Source: Bdellovibrionota bacterium (GTDB taxonomy: Bacteria; Bdellovibrionota; UBA1018; UBA923). Taken from it: 54,083 nucleotides of DNA. The stretch covers positions 1 through 54,083 of the forward strand of contig JBFMCE010000010.1 in NCBI GenBank assembly GCA_040754655.1, given 5' to 3'. Position 1 is the first letter of the stretch; each line of letters opens with the position of its first letter. Position numbers and translations under genes: made by a program. Of this stretch, positions 26,506 through 35,200 are shown in pieces. The notes under the pieces are model-generated. The model saw only the letters and a list, made by a program, of their open reading frames with translations. It was not told where the DNA came from and did no database searches.

Positions 26506-27615
26506 ATGAAAAAACTCACCTCTTTGCTCGTGCTTCTTGTGCACTTGTTTGCGTTCGCCCATAGCGGTACAGCCGCAGAATCCCTCTCATCAAAGTTTGA
26601 TCCTTACAACGCCTTGATCTGGAATAGCGAGAACCGCAAGGCTCAAAACGGCAAGACCGACCGAGAAGACTGGTATGAATGGTGGTACTACAAGGTGGTC
26701 GTCCCTAACTCCGAAGACGCATTTTATTTCGTCTATGGGGTCGTGAATCCTTGGGATGCGAACAAGTCTATCGAGGCCTCGCGTGCTTACGTGGGCTTTG
26801 GGAGTTTTGCCGACCATTTCATGCTGAATGAAAATCACCCGCCAAGTGAGTTTCAAGCCTCGACCACTTCAGCTCAAGTCAAGATAGGTCCCCATCATCA
26901 TGCGACAGATCGAAGAATCACTGGCCAGATTGGCAATGAAGCGCGTTGGGATATTCAGATTGAGCACGATTGGACGTTCAACGCCATGGGATGGGCGATG
27001 TCGAGAGAGTGGATCTCAAACATCTATTGGTATCCTGCTCAAGCCAGTGCTCGCATGACAGGCTGGGTTGAGTCGCGCGGTAGGCGCGTTGAATTCAAAG
27101 ATGCCCCCGCCTATCAAGACCGCAACTGGGGAAGAAGCTTTCCGGAGTGGTGGGCGTGGCTCGTGTCGAATCGTTTTAAAAACTCACCAGACACCGTCTT
27201 GGCTGCTGGCGGTGGCAAACCTAGGTTGTTAGACAAGTACGAACCCATTGAATCGCTTGCGATTGGCCTTCGCCACAAAGGCAAGGTCTATGCCTTTAGA
27301 CCTTCCGAAGGCGATATCGTTCGCGTTGACATCAAATTTGGAAAATGGGAAGTGCGCGGCTTTAACCGCAAGGGCGAACAGATTCGCATCAGTGCTTGGG
27401 CTCCTCAAGAAAAATTCATGGACTTGCAGTTCGTGACCCCTCAAGGAAAAGTTTTCCATGACTTTGAAACCTTGCGCGGCAACATCAAAGTTCAACTCTT
27501 CAAGTGGCGCAAACTCATCGCAGATCTTGAAACCGATGAAGGCGGAATCGAGTATGGCTCACATGAAGTGAGCGCATTTGATCAAACTTTCAGCAGTGAG
27601 ATGCAGCTTCAATAA
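26506..27615 (+). CDS. Tocopherol cyclase family protein (secreted)
   Basis: WYEWWYYKV and AYQDRNWGRSFPEWWAWL match tocopherol cyclase-like motifs; signal peptide. Confidence 0.8.
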   Translation: MKKLTSLLVLLVHLFAFAHSGTAAESLSSKFDPYNALIWNSENRKAQNGKTDREDWYEWWYYKVVVPNSEDAFYFVYGVVNPWDANKSIEASRAYVGFGSFADHFMLNENHPPSEFQASTTSAQVKIGPHHHATDRRITGQIGNEARWDIQIEHDWTFNAMGWAMSREWISNIYWYPAQASARMTGWVESRGRRVEFKDAPAYQDRNWGRSFPEWWAWLVSNRFKNSPDTVLAAGGGKPRLLDKYEPIESLAIGLRHKGKVYAFRPSEGDIVRVDIKFGKWEVRGFNRKGEQIRISAWAPQEKFMDLQFVTPQGKVFHDFETLRGNIKVQLFKWRKLIADLETDEGGIEYGSHEVSAFDQTFSSEMQLQ

Positions 27616-27629
27616 GTGCAGCACATGAC

Positions 27630-27659
27630 ATCGAAGAGTGTTTCATTACACTCTTCGAT
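27630..27659. terminator. Hairpin between convergent genes, probable bidirectional terminator
   Basis: ATCGAAGAGTGT-N6-ACACTCTTCGAT, a perfect 12-bp stem. Confidence 0.65.
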
Positions 27660-27682
27660 TCCACGTCTCTATAAATGAAAAA

Positions 27683-29239
27683 CTACTTACTCTTCCCCAA
27701 ATCCTTCAAGATCCGTTGTGCGCTATTGTGACCTGACGCCCCGATGACTGAACCCGCAGGGTGGCAGCCTGCACTGCAAGAATAAAGACCTTCTATCGGC
27801 GTGGCGTAAGGCATACGCTGATCAAAACCAAAGGAATTGTCGATGTGGTGGATGTGTCCATAAGTGATTCCAAAGTGCTGCTCGATCTTCTTCGGAGTCA
27901 GTGCGAAAGCATCGATCACTGAACTTCTGAAGCCTGGCGCAAACTCTTCTGCAATGTCGATCAAGTGATTCACGTAGCGGTCTTCTTCTTTTTCCCAAGT
28001 GCTGCCTTTGAGTTCATACGGAACCCACTGAACGAAGAATGCGGCATTGTGGTTCTTCTTCTCGTCTTGGAGCGAAGGATCTGCCTGCGTGTGGGTATAC
28101 CATTCAATCGTGGGAAAGTCGGCCAAACGCCCGGCCTGGGTCGCTTGGTAACCTTGGCGAATGTGCTCGATCACGTTCTTCACTTGGGGCAAGAGATGGA
28201 TCGTGCCGTCGTGCTGTCCCCTGTTTTCGGGAAGGCATTTGAACGTGGGCAGACGATCAAGTGCTAAGTTCACTTTCATCGTCGTACCTTCGCGCTTCAT
28301 CTCATCAAGCCGCTTATTGAACGCGGCAGGCAGCTTGTCTTTTCCAAGCAGCTCGCGCATGCGATAAGGATCGCAATTGCACACCACTGTCGATGCCGAA
28401 ATTTCTTCGCCGCTCTTCAAAACGGCTCCGGTAATACGCCCGCCCTCTGAAGTGAGGTGCTCTACGCCGGCGTTGGTGAGAATTTCTGCGCCTGCCTCAC
28501 GCGCAAGCCGTGCGAACTCTTGGCTGACCGAACCCATGCCTCCCTTCACAATCATAAAGGTGCCATCAGAACCCGGAAGCCTGCACATATTGTGCACCAA
28601 GAAATTCATTCCCGTGCCCGGCATCCCAAAACTTGCATTCAGACCTGAGAACCCATCTGTAACGGCGTACATCGCTACCAGAAGCTCAGTTTCAAAATGG
28701 AATCTCGCCAAGTAATCTTCCGCGGGCCTTGTCACCAGAGTCATGAAGGCATCACGCAATTCCGGACGAATGAATCTTTCGGCCGTTTCAACTGCGGAAA
28801 GAGGCTCTTGCAACCAGCTAGGAGCAAGGTCGTCACGGATCTGGCCAATCTCGCGAGTGAGGGCGTCGTTGGCGAGCCAGTCTTTTTCAGAGAAGAACTT
28901 GAGAAACTGAGCCCTCATCTCATCTCGATTGGAGCCGAATAAAAGATACCGGGTATCGGTTGTCGGAAGAAAATAATGCGGATCACGCCGGATCAGCTCA
29001 ATATTGGCGCCCATGATCTTTAAAACTTCAGGAGGCATCACGCCCAAGAGATACGCGCCTGATGACGTTCCAAGGCCCGGGGCTTTTGCGAAAGGATATT
29101 CGGTCTTCACTGCTCCGCCTACCAGTGATTTTTCTTCAAGTACCGTCACCTTCAAACCACGTCGTGCGAGCAATGTCGCTGCGACAAGACCGTTGTGTCC
29201 TGCTCCCACTACAAGTACATCAGCTTGGCGTTTACCCAT
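27683..29239 (-). CDS. Phytoene dehydrogenase-like NAD(P)/FAD-dependent oxidoreductase
   Basis: VGAGHNGLVAA..LAR, GGMGSV, TPIEGLYSCSAGCHPAGSVIGASGHN; ATG at 29239 has a GGAGG RBS. Confidence 0.85.
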   Translation of the reverse strand: MGKRQADVLVVGAGHNGLVAATLLARRGLKVTVLEEKSLVGGAVKTEYPFAKAPGLGTSSGAYLLGVMPPEVLKIMGANIELIRRDPHYFLPTTDTRYLLFGSNRDEMRAQFLKFFSEKDWLANDALTREIGQIRDDLAPSWLQEPLSAVETAERFIRPELRDAFMTLVTRPAEDYLARFHFETELLVAMYAVTDGFSGLNASFGMPGTGMNFLVHNMCRLPGSDGTFMIVKGGMGSVSQEFARLAREAGAEILTNAGVEHLTSEGGRITGAVLKSGEEISASTVVCNCDPYRMRELLGKDKLPAAFNKRLDEMKREGTTMKVNLALDRLPTFKCLPENRGQHDGTIHLLPQVKNVIEHIRQGYQATQAGRLADFPTIEWYTHTQADPSLQDEKKNHNAAFFVQWVPYELKGSTWEKEEDRYVNHLIDIAEEFAPGFRSSVIDAFALTPKKIEQHFGITYGHIHHIDNSFGFDQRMPYATPIEGLYSCSAGCHPAGSVIGASGHNSAQRILKDLGKSK

Positions 29240-29265
29240 TGTTCCTCCCGGCCTTCCCTTTGGCT

Positions 29266-29997
29266 TTACTTTTTGTTTCCGAGGTCTTTTATCCCCCAGC
29301 TTTTGAGTACGCCAGCTTCTTCTTCTTGGTTCATGCATTTTTTGAATTTCGCTCCCGAAACGCCCTTAACGCGGCGCTCACAATCTTTCCAAGTGGAATG
29401 TCTTTCAACCGTATTTCCTACGAGACTCAAGTACGAAAATGGCGCCGACGGTTTTTCACGAGCCCTGGGCTCTGGAGGTTCAGTATCTTCCGGCAAGTCA
29501 AAGACTGCGACGTCATACTTGAGAAGAGGGCCCTGATACAGCTGAATTCGGCTCCCCTTTGCAAAGGCGACAGCGATCTCATCAACGCGCTCATTGCCTG
29601 GCACCCCACTATGGCCACGCACGTAGTGCCAGCTCACCGGTGAATCGGAATCGCGCCGCGAGAGCAGATTTGAGAGACTTTTCCAGTACTCAGCGTTGGC
29701 AACGTCTTTTCCTTCAGAAGTTTTCCAGCCTTTTTTTCTCCAGCCCCAGATCCATTTGGTGATGCCATGAATGACATAAGTGGAATCGGTATAAATCTCG
29801 ACCGGCCCTTTAGTGTCGGCAAGAAAACGCAGCGCCTTTCCTACGGCGGTGAGCTCCATTTTATTGTTCGTCGTATCGCGCTCGGCGCCGCCAAGCTCGA
29901 CGACTTCACCTTGGGGACTAGCGATAATCGCTCCCCACCCTCCGGGTCCTGGATTTCCGGTGCAAGCTCCATCGGCAAATACAATGATTGAATGCAT
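29266..29997 (-). CDS. rnhA: Ribonuclease HI with C-terminal viroplasmin-like hybrid-binding domain
   Basis: FADGACTGNPGPGGWG, TTNNKMEL, YTDSTY, VRGHSG.PGNERVD; C-terminal TWKDCERRVKGVSGAKFKK. Confidence 0.92.
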   Translation of the reverse strand: MHSIIVFADGACTGNPGPGGWGAIIASPQGEVVELGGAERDTTNNKMELTAVGKALRFLADTKGPVEIYTDSTYVIHGITKWIWGWRKKGWKTSEGKDVANAEYWKSLSNLLSRRDSDSPVSWHYVRGHSGVPGNERVDEIAVAFAKGSRIQLYQGPLLKYDVAVFDLPEDTEPPEPRAREKPSAPFSYLSLVGNTVERHSTWKDCERRVKGVSGAKFKKCMNQEEEAGVLKSWGIKDLGNKK

Positions 29998-30189
29998 TGT
30001 CTGGGTATAACCCAAGCAGTGCCTTAATGCCTAGAAGGGATCGTAGGAAAGCGCCCTGCTTTTGGCTGCAGACTAGACCACACGGTCTTGATAAATTGAC
30101 TCGACGCATAAATATTTATTATTCAATTCTTTGGTCGACATCCCGAAGTTTTTTGAATAACAACTCAAGCACTTGGGGGAATCTTCAAA

Positions 30190-31023
30190 ATGCGCTCAAA
30201 AACAACAATCTTTTGTTGGTGTATTGGTGCTTTAGCTTTCTTAAATTCAATGCTTTGTCTGGCGAGCGATCTTCCGTGGAGTACTGATGAAGATGCAGCC
30301 GGAGAAGGCCCGATGTTCGATGCTATCCAACATGCGCTTGTCGATATCGTTCCCAACAAAATTTTCGTGCCCCAAGGTTACGACAATAATGATCCACGGA
30401 TTGAACTCGTTCTCGAAGGCGAATTGCCGGGCACGTGCCATAAACTAGGCCCTACTCTCCATCGCGTCGATCACTCGAAACAAAAAGTTTTTATCCGACA
30501 GAAAGCTTACTTTTACCCCGGTGAGTGGTGCATGAACGTTCCGATCTATTACAAAACAGCACCCATTGATCTGGGGCAACTTGGAGCAGGAAACTACACC
30601 ATTGTTTTTGAAAGCGCAGAGCAAGCGCCGGTGACTTACGCCGAGCATTTGCCTGTGGCGGAAAGCGATTCGCCGCGTCCCGACGATTATTTTTATGCTT
30701 CTGTCACGAATGTTCGAGTGGTTGCGGATTCCGCTTCCGAGCCTGAAGAGGTTGCCACTGCTACGACTGCTCGCGCTTACAAAGCCATTTTAAAAGGGCG
30801 CCACGAAGCGGTCTGCACCCGTTTCGATACTGCTTTGGTTCGAATCCAGCCCAATCGGGTGATCGAAATCCTTCCCATCGTCGAACTGGGCAAAGGCCGC
30901 TGCCCTGATTCTGAAAGAGATTTTTCAATCGAAGTCAAACTTGGCGCTGTTGCGCCGGGACGCTATTTGATTCATGTCCGTTCTTTGAGTGGGCAATCGG
31001 TGAACGAGGTTGTTGATTTTTAA
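30190..31023 (+). CDS. Hypothetical secreted protein with two similar Cys-paired beta domains
   Basis: Signal peptide; FVPQGYDNND...GELPGTC; two halves each ending in L..G.Y (LGAGNY, VAPGRY). Confidence 0.7.
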   Translation: MRSKTTIFCWCIGALAFLNSMLCLASDLPWSTDEDAAGEGPMFDAIQHALVDIVPNKIFVPQGYDNNDPRIELVLEGELPGTCHKLGPTLHRVDHSKQKVFIRQKAYFYPGEWCMNVPIYYKTAPIDLGQLGAGNYTIVFESAEQAPVTYAEHLPVAESDSPRPDDYFYASVTNVRVVADSASEPEEVATATTARAYKAILKGRHEAVCTRFDTALVRIQPNRVIEILPIVELGKGRCPDSERDFSIEVKLGAVAPGRYLIHVRSLSGQSVNEVVDF

Positions 31024-31026
31024 AAA

Positions 31027-31131
31027 CGGATAGCGGGTTGCGGATCACTGTTCACGGAATTCGGAATCGGTTTACGGATTTCGGTTGACGGAATTCGGGG
31101 TTCGGATTCGGTAAACGGAGCCAGTTCACGG
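31027..31131. repeat. Degenerate heptamer array (CGG-N3/4), 15 units
   Basis: CGGATAG CGGGTTG CGGATCA CTGTTCA CGGAATT CGGAAT CGGTTTA CGGATTT CGGTTGA CGGAATT CGGGGTT CGGATT CGGTAAA CGGAGC CAGTTCA CGG. Confidence 0.9.
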
Positions 31132-31434
31132 CTTTCTAGGATAACTCAATTTATATACACAAGCTGCAATATGATCTGCGAGATCAAGGATCTCGTCATC
31201 TTTGATTTGAATTAAATCAAAGATTGCCTGAATTTCTCGAATCGAACCAAACGCAATTGCATAGAACCGTGCTTTATCTCGTTTCGTTGGTTTTGCGCTG
31301 CCTTCTGCTAAATTTAAAACCACGCTCTGGCTTGCTCGTAAAAGCTGGTCTTTCATATAATGCTTCAGCTCAATCTCTTGAGTCTTTCGGTGAAGTTCGA
31401 TGGCCAATTCATAAGCTAAGAAATTTCGAATCAT
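31126..31434 (-). CDS. Four helix bundle protein (23S rRNA IVS protein / Avd-like family)
   Basis: AYELA, KDQLLRASQSVVLNLAEG and RFYAIAFGSIRE, the DQxxRAxxSxxxNxAEG...RF..IA.GS..E family signature. Confidence 0.9.
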   Translation of the reverse strand: MIRNFLAYELAIELHRKTQEIELKHYMKDQLLRASQSVVLNLAEGSAKPTKRDKARFYAIAFGSIREIQAIFDLIQIKDDEILDLADHIAACVYKLSYPRKP

Positions 31435-31443
31435 GGTTAACAG

Positions 31444-31518
31444 CTTTCTTTGTATTTTTAGTTTTTTAAAGCCCTCGCTCCGTGAAGGGCTTTAAAAAAC
31501 CAAAAAATACAAAGAAAG
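31444..31518. repeat. Near-perfect 32/33-bp inverted repeat with 10-nt loop between the divergent four-helix-bundle genes
   Basis: CTTTCTTTGTATTTTTAGTTTTTTAAAGCCCT - CGCTCCGTGA - AGGGCTTTAAAAAACCAAAAAATACAAAGAAAG (one mismatch, one indel). Confidence 0.93.
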
Positions 31519-31529
31519 GGTTTCAAATC

Positions 31530-31829
31530 ATGATCAAAGGTTTTTTAGCGTATGAATTGGCCATCGAACTTCACCGCGAATGCGAGAAGATCAAAGCAAA
31601 GCACTATGTGAAAGACCAGCTTGAGCGGGCAAGTTTAAGTATTGTGTTAAATTTAGCAGAAGGCAGCGGTAAACCTACCAAACCAGAGCAAAGGCGATTC
31701 TATTCCATCGCATTGGGCAGCCTTCGCGAAACAGAAGCTCTTTTACGAATCCTTCAAAATGCGCATTCGCTGACAATAGCCAATCGGCTGGGTGGCATGC
31801 TTTACCGCCTTGTCCATCCCAGACCTTGA
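31530..31829 (+). CDS. Four helix bundle protein, paralog 2
   Basis: MIKGFLAYELAIELHR, KDQLERASLSIVLNLAEG and RFYSIALGSLRE; ATG at 31530 mirrors the paralog start and has GAAAGG upstream. Confidence 0.9.
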   Translation: MIKGFLAYELAIELHRECEKIKAKHYVKDQLERASLSIVLNLAEGSGKPTKPEQRRFYSIALGSLRETEALLRILQNAHSLTIANRLGGMLYRLVHPRP

Positions 31830-31832
31830 TTC

Positions 31833-31887
31833 TGGGTAACGGTTACCGGTTAGCGGATCTCGGCCCCGGTTTACTGTTTACTGAACT
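31833..31887. repeat. Degenerate heptamer array (CGG/CTG-N4), about 8 units
   Basis: TGGGTAA CGGTTAC CGGTTAG CGGATCT CGGCCC CGGTTTA CTGTTTA CTGAACT. Confidence 0.8.
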
Positions 31888-32243
31888 CAAAATTCTGTCC
31901 ATTTGAAAGTAACCCTTTTTGTTTTGACCGTCTGAGCTGCGAAGTTGGTTTCATGCTGCTTGGCGATGGCTTGGCAACTCTGTTCTGAGTCTTCATGACT
32001 ATCAAACTGCTTATTAACTTTCCTACCGCTTTTAAGCGTCATCGTGATTTGCACGTGACAATTAGGGCTAGGGCCTCTCTGGTCCACTGGGGTCTTTTTT
32101 GTAACCTGAAGCCTGTGCTTCTGATTTTCTTCTAGCTTAGACTCCGCTAAACTTAAGTTTGATTTGCACAAAAAGACCACCCCAAGTACCACGACTATAA
32201 AGTTTGCTTTTCTTAAGATGAATCGCCCCATTTTCTGCCTCAA
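31887..32243 (-). CDS. Small hypothetical secreted protein
   Basis: Signal-like hydrophobic segment, two Cys; overlaps or abuts the upstream gene stop. Confidence 0.6.
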   Translation of the reverse strand: MRQKMGRFILRKANFIVVVLGVVFLCKSNLSLAESKLEENQKHRLQVTKKTPVDQRGPSPNCHVQITMTLKSGRKVNKQFDSHEDSEQSCQAIAKQHETNFAAQTVKTKRVTFKWTEF

Positions 32244-35200
32244 TGCTCTTGTTCGATGCTATAGGGTTTTCCATTTGCATCGGTGATCAGGATTTTCATG
32301 TCTAATCGCATCTTACTCACCACATCCGTAATGTATTGTTGATACTTCCACTCATCCGGAAAAATAAATCCATTAGCGGTTCCATCCTGATAGGGTTTGT
32401 TTTTCTGAAGCGCTTCCCTCATCTCATCATATCTTTTTCCATCCCGAATCTGAGTCAGCAAAATTTGTTCTGCATTCGTGTCATGGTTTGAAAAGTAATG
32501 CACCGAATTAGTAGATGCAATATCCAGAAGAATATCACTTTGAGCGGCTTCTACTTCGTAGACGGCTTTTCTATGCGACCAACAGCTTGTATTGAGGTAA
32601 ATGAACTGACCTTTTCCTTTCGCTTTTCTAGCCTGAATCCACTCACCAAATTCTTGATTTGGTACAAGTACAGTTCGAGAGGCTTTTTCGTCTGGAAAAA
32701 CGAGATACACGATTTCTTTTTTGCCATCATCTAGCGTTCGTTCACCTTTAAGAACACGACAAGAGACATCCATTCGGAATACATTTTTCTCATCACCATC
32801 AGAGTGGGCTTCCTTGATGAAATAATCGAGTTCACCAGAGCTGACACCGTTCTTAAGAAACTGTGGGCAGTCGGGGACTCGAGACATTGACGACTTGTCA
32901 GGAAATACAAACTTATTATCGTGGTAGTATTGAAGATATTCGTCCATTACACCAACCGCATCACCCCGCATATTGCTTCCGACAATCACCATCCCAGTAA
33001 GCACTCTGTCCTTCCATAGTTCGGGGTATTTGGGTGCATCGCCTTTCGCAACTAAGTCTGATTTCCGCTCTAAGGTCATAATCGAGACAGTCGCCTGAAA
33101 CTGTTTCTCGTCATGAGTCCATTCTACTTTTTGGTTTGCCAGCACTTGTCCTGGCTCAACATTTGATGACAGAGTAATTTCTGGGAGCCTTTTTATTGCC
33201 ATCCCAAACTCTGTTTGAGTACCGTTGTCGCCATCGATTGCAGAAACACCAATGATTATTGGCGTTACTTTATCTGCCTCGCGTACTAAAGTCAGATCAG
33301 TCAACTGCTTTGGGGTTTCTCCAAAAAAGTAAGCGACATTTTGGTAAATTATTTTATAGAGTTTCGAAACAAATATTCCGCCGTATACTTTTGTATCGGC
33401 TGCTCGATCGGCTAGACTTTGCGCAATGAGATCTTTGTATTCTTCCTTCTGCGCCGGAGTTAACTTTGCCAGTAGCGACCTGAGATGAATCAAGCCCGGC
33501 CAATCTGAAAGCTTTGTTTTGGGTCCATTTTGAACGGTTAAAAACTTCAAATACTCGAGTGCATCTTGCTTCAAGGCTTCAGTTTCACGCTGCGTACGGC
33601 AGGGGTTAGAAAGGTCATCAGGCTTTAAGTTCAAAAGTGAGGGAACTCGTTTCAGCAAGTCTTCATAGAGCAGTTGCGACTTGTGTAGAACCGTTTGCAA
33701 CGCCCCACTCACCAAGCTCGGATGGCGAGATGGCAAATCAGATTTAAGAATTGCTAAAAGAATTGGAAGATGTTTTTCGATTTCAAATCCTTCAAGCTTT
33801 TGAAATCGAAACAGGTACTTTTCCGCAACTTCCGTAGTCAAAGAATCATTTTCGGGAGGGGGCGTCTCGTTATCCCAAAGCAGGCGGGTCTGCGAATCGA
33901 ACTCTATGTCACAGAGTTGCTGCAATCCCACTCGTTTGAGCATGTGCTCTGCAGAATCGCCAAGCGTTGACTCTACCTTTTCGCCATTCTTGCATATTGG
34001 ATCAGCGCCAGCGATGGTCAAACGATCTGGGATACAGGTGTAGTCAGATGGAATAATCGCACACTGTTCAAATGAATCGGCCCATAACTGTTTGCATGCT
34101 ATCATGTCTTTGGCATCGTACGAATGCGTTGGTTCCTGCAGGTGAAAATTTTTAGGAACAGGTAGGTTAAATTGAGTTCCATTTTCAACATCCAGTAAAA
34201 CCGCCCGATTGCCACTTCGGTCAAAAAGCACCATCTGTTTTCCATCTCTGTCAAACATTGGGATTGCGACGTCGAATTCGGGGGAATCATAAATTTTTGA
34301 TGTGCCTTTCTCTAGGTCGTAAATCCAAATCTTCTTATTTCCCCAATCGCCTACTTGAGCACCTAGTTTCTTGCCTCTTTTTGAGCTCGTTACGAATTCT
34401 TCAGACTCGAATACCTTTCTTCTAGTTCCATTTTTCGGATCATACACCTCAACCATCGTATCTCTAATTACGATGTAATTTCCGTCAGACGTAACCCCAG
34501 CGGTACCATTCCTATTGTTGCCAGTATCCAAAATGACTTTGTGAAGGTTTCTTTTCTTGTCCCAAAGCATGAATTTGTCGCGATCTCCCATTTGCGGTAT
34601 CAATGCATACTGAGCATTCGCAGTAAATTCGTTGAAGTCTGCTCCTTCGGGAAGTTCATGCTCCTCTTGTTTTCCCGTGATAATGTCTGTGATATACAGG
34701 CGGGTACCATTTTGGGTGACGATCAAATTCTCTGGTCCAGATGTACTATAATCCCCGAAGTTCCTAAAGGGAGCTTGGTATTTCCCGGGAACTACAACTT
34801 CTGATCCATCTTTAATGCTTTTTATCAACACCGAAGGGGGATCAGATTTTTCATTCATATAAACGACATGACTTTCGCCTGGAGGAACGTAAGTCGAAGC
34901 CTCTTTCCACTTTTCACCGGGAGACGGATAGGTCTTTTGTGTGCCGGACTTCAAATCTGTTATAAATATTGAACCATCGTAGAGAGGAACAAAAATACTA
35001 TTCAACTCTTGCGAGTAACTAAAGTTTCCACCAAACGTTTCAAAGTCGAACTTCTTTTCATACCCATCCTTTAAATCGCGAATAACAAGACCTGATTTGT
35101 CGTCTCTTCTAAATAAACCAACAAAATACCGCTTATCGATAACGGTTGGATTTTGAGTCGCAACATTAGACGAGGGAATAGAAACAAAATGAATTTTTGG

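Noticed and set aside
29240..29338. N-terminal extension of the phytoene dehydrogenase-like ORF overlapping rnhA
   Set aside because: A better ATG at 29239 has a GGAGG RBS and sits just before the FAD-binding motif
31027..31131. CRISPR array
   Set aside because: Period is 6-7 nt with no 23-47 nt repeats, no spacers and no cas genes
31482..31529. 16-aa N-terminal extension of fhb2 given in the ORF track
   Set aside because: It is a translation of the palindrome arm; the paralog alignment places the start at 31530
31126..31829. Diversity-generating retroelement (Avd-like genes)
   Set aside because: No reverse transcriptase and no TR/VR pair with adenine-specific mismatches seen in the window
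31126..31829. Assembly artefact (fold-back duplication)
   Set aside because: The two arms encode intact proteins only about 55% identical, which an artefactual mirror copy would not produce; read-level confirmation is still advisable
31024..31887. 23S rRNA intervening sequence
   Set aside because: The flanks are protein-coding genes; no rRNA sequence is present
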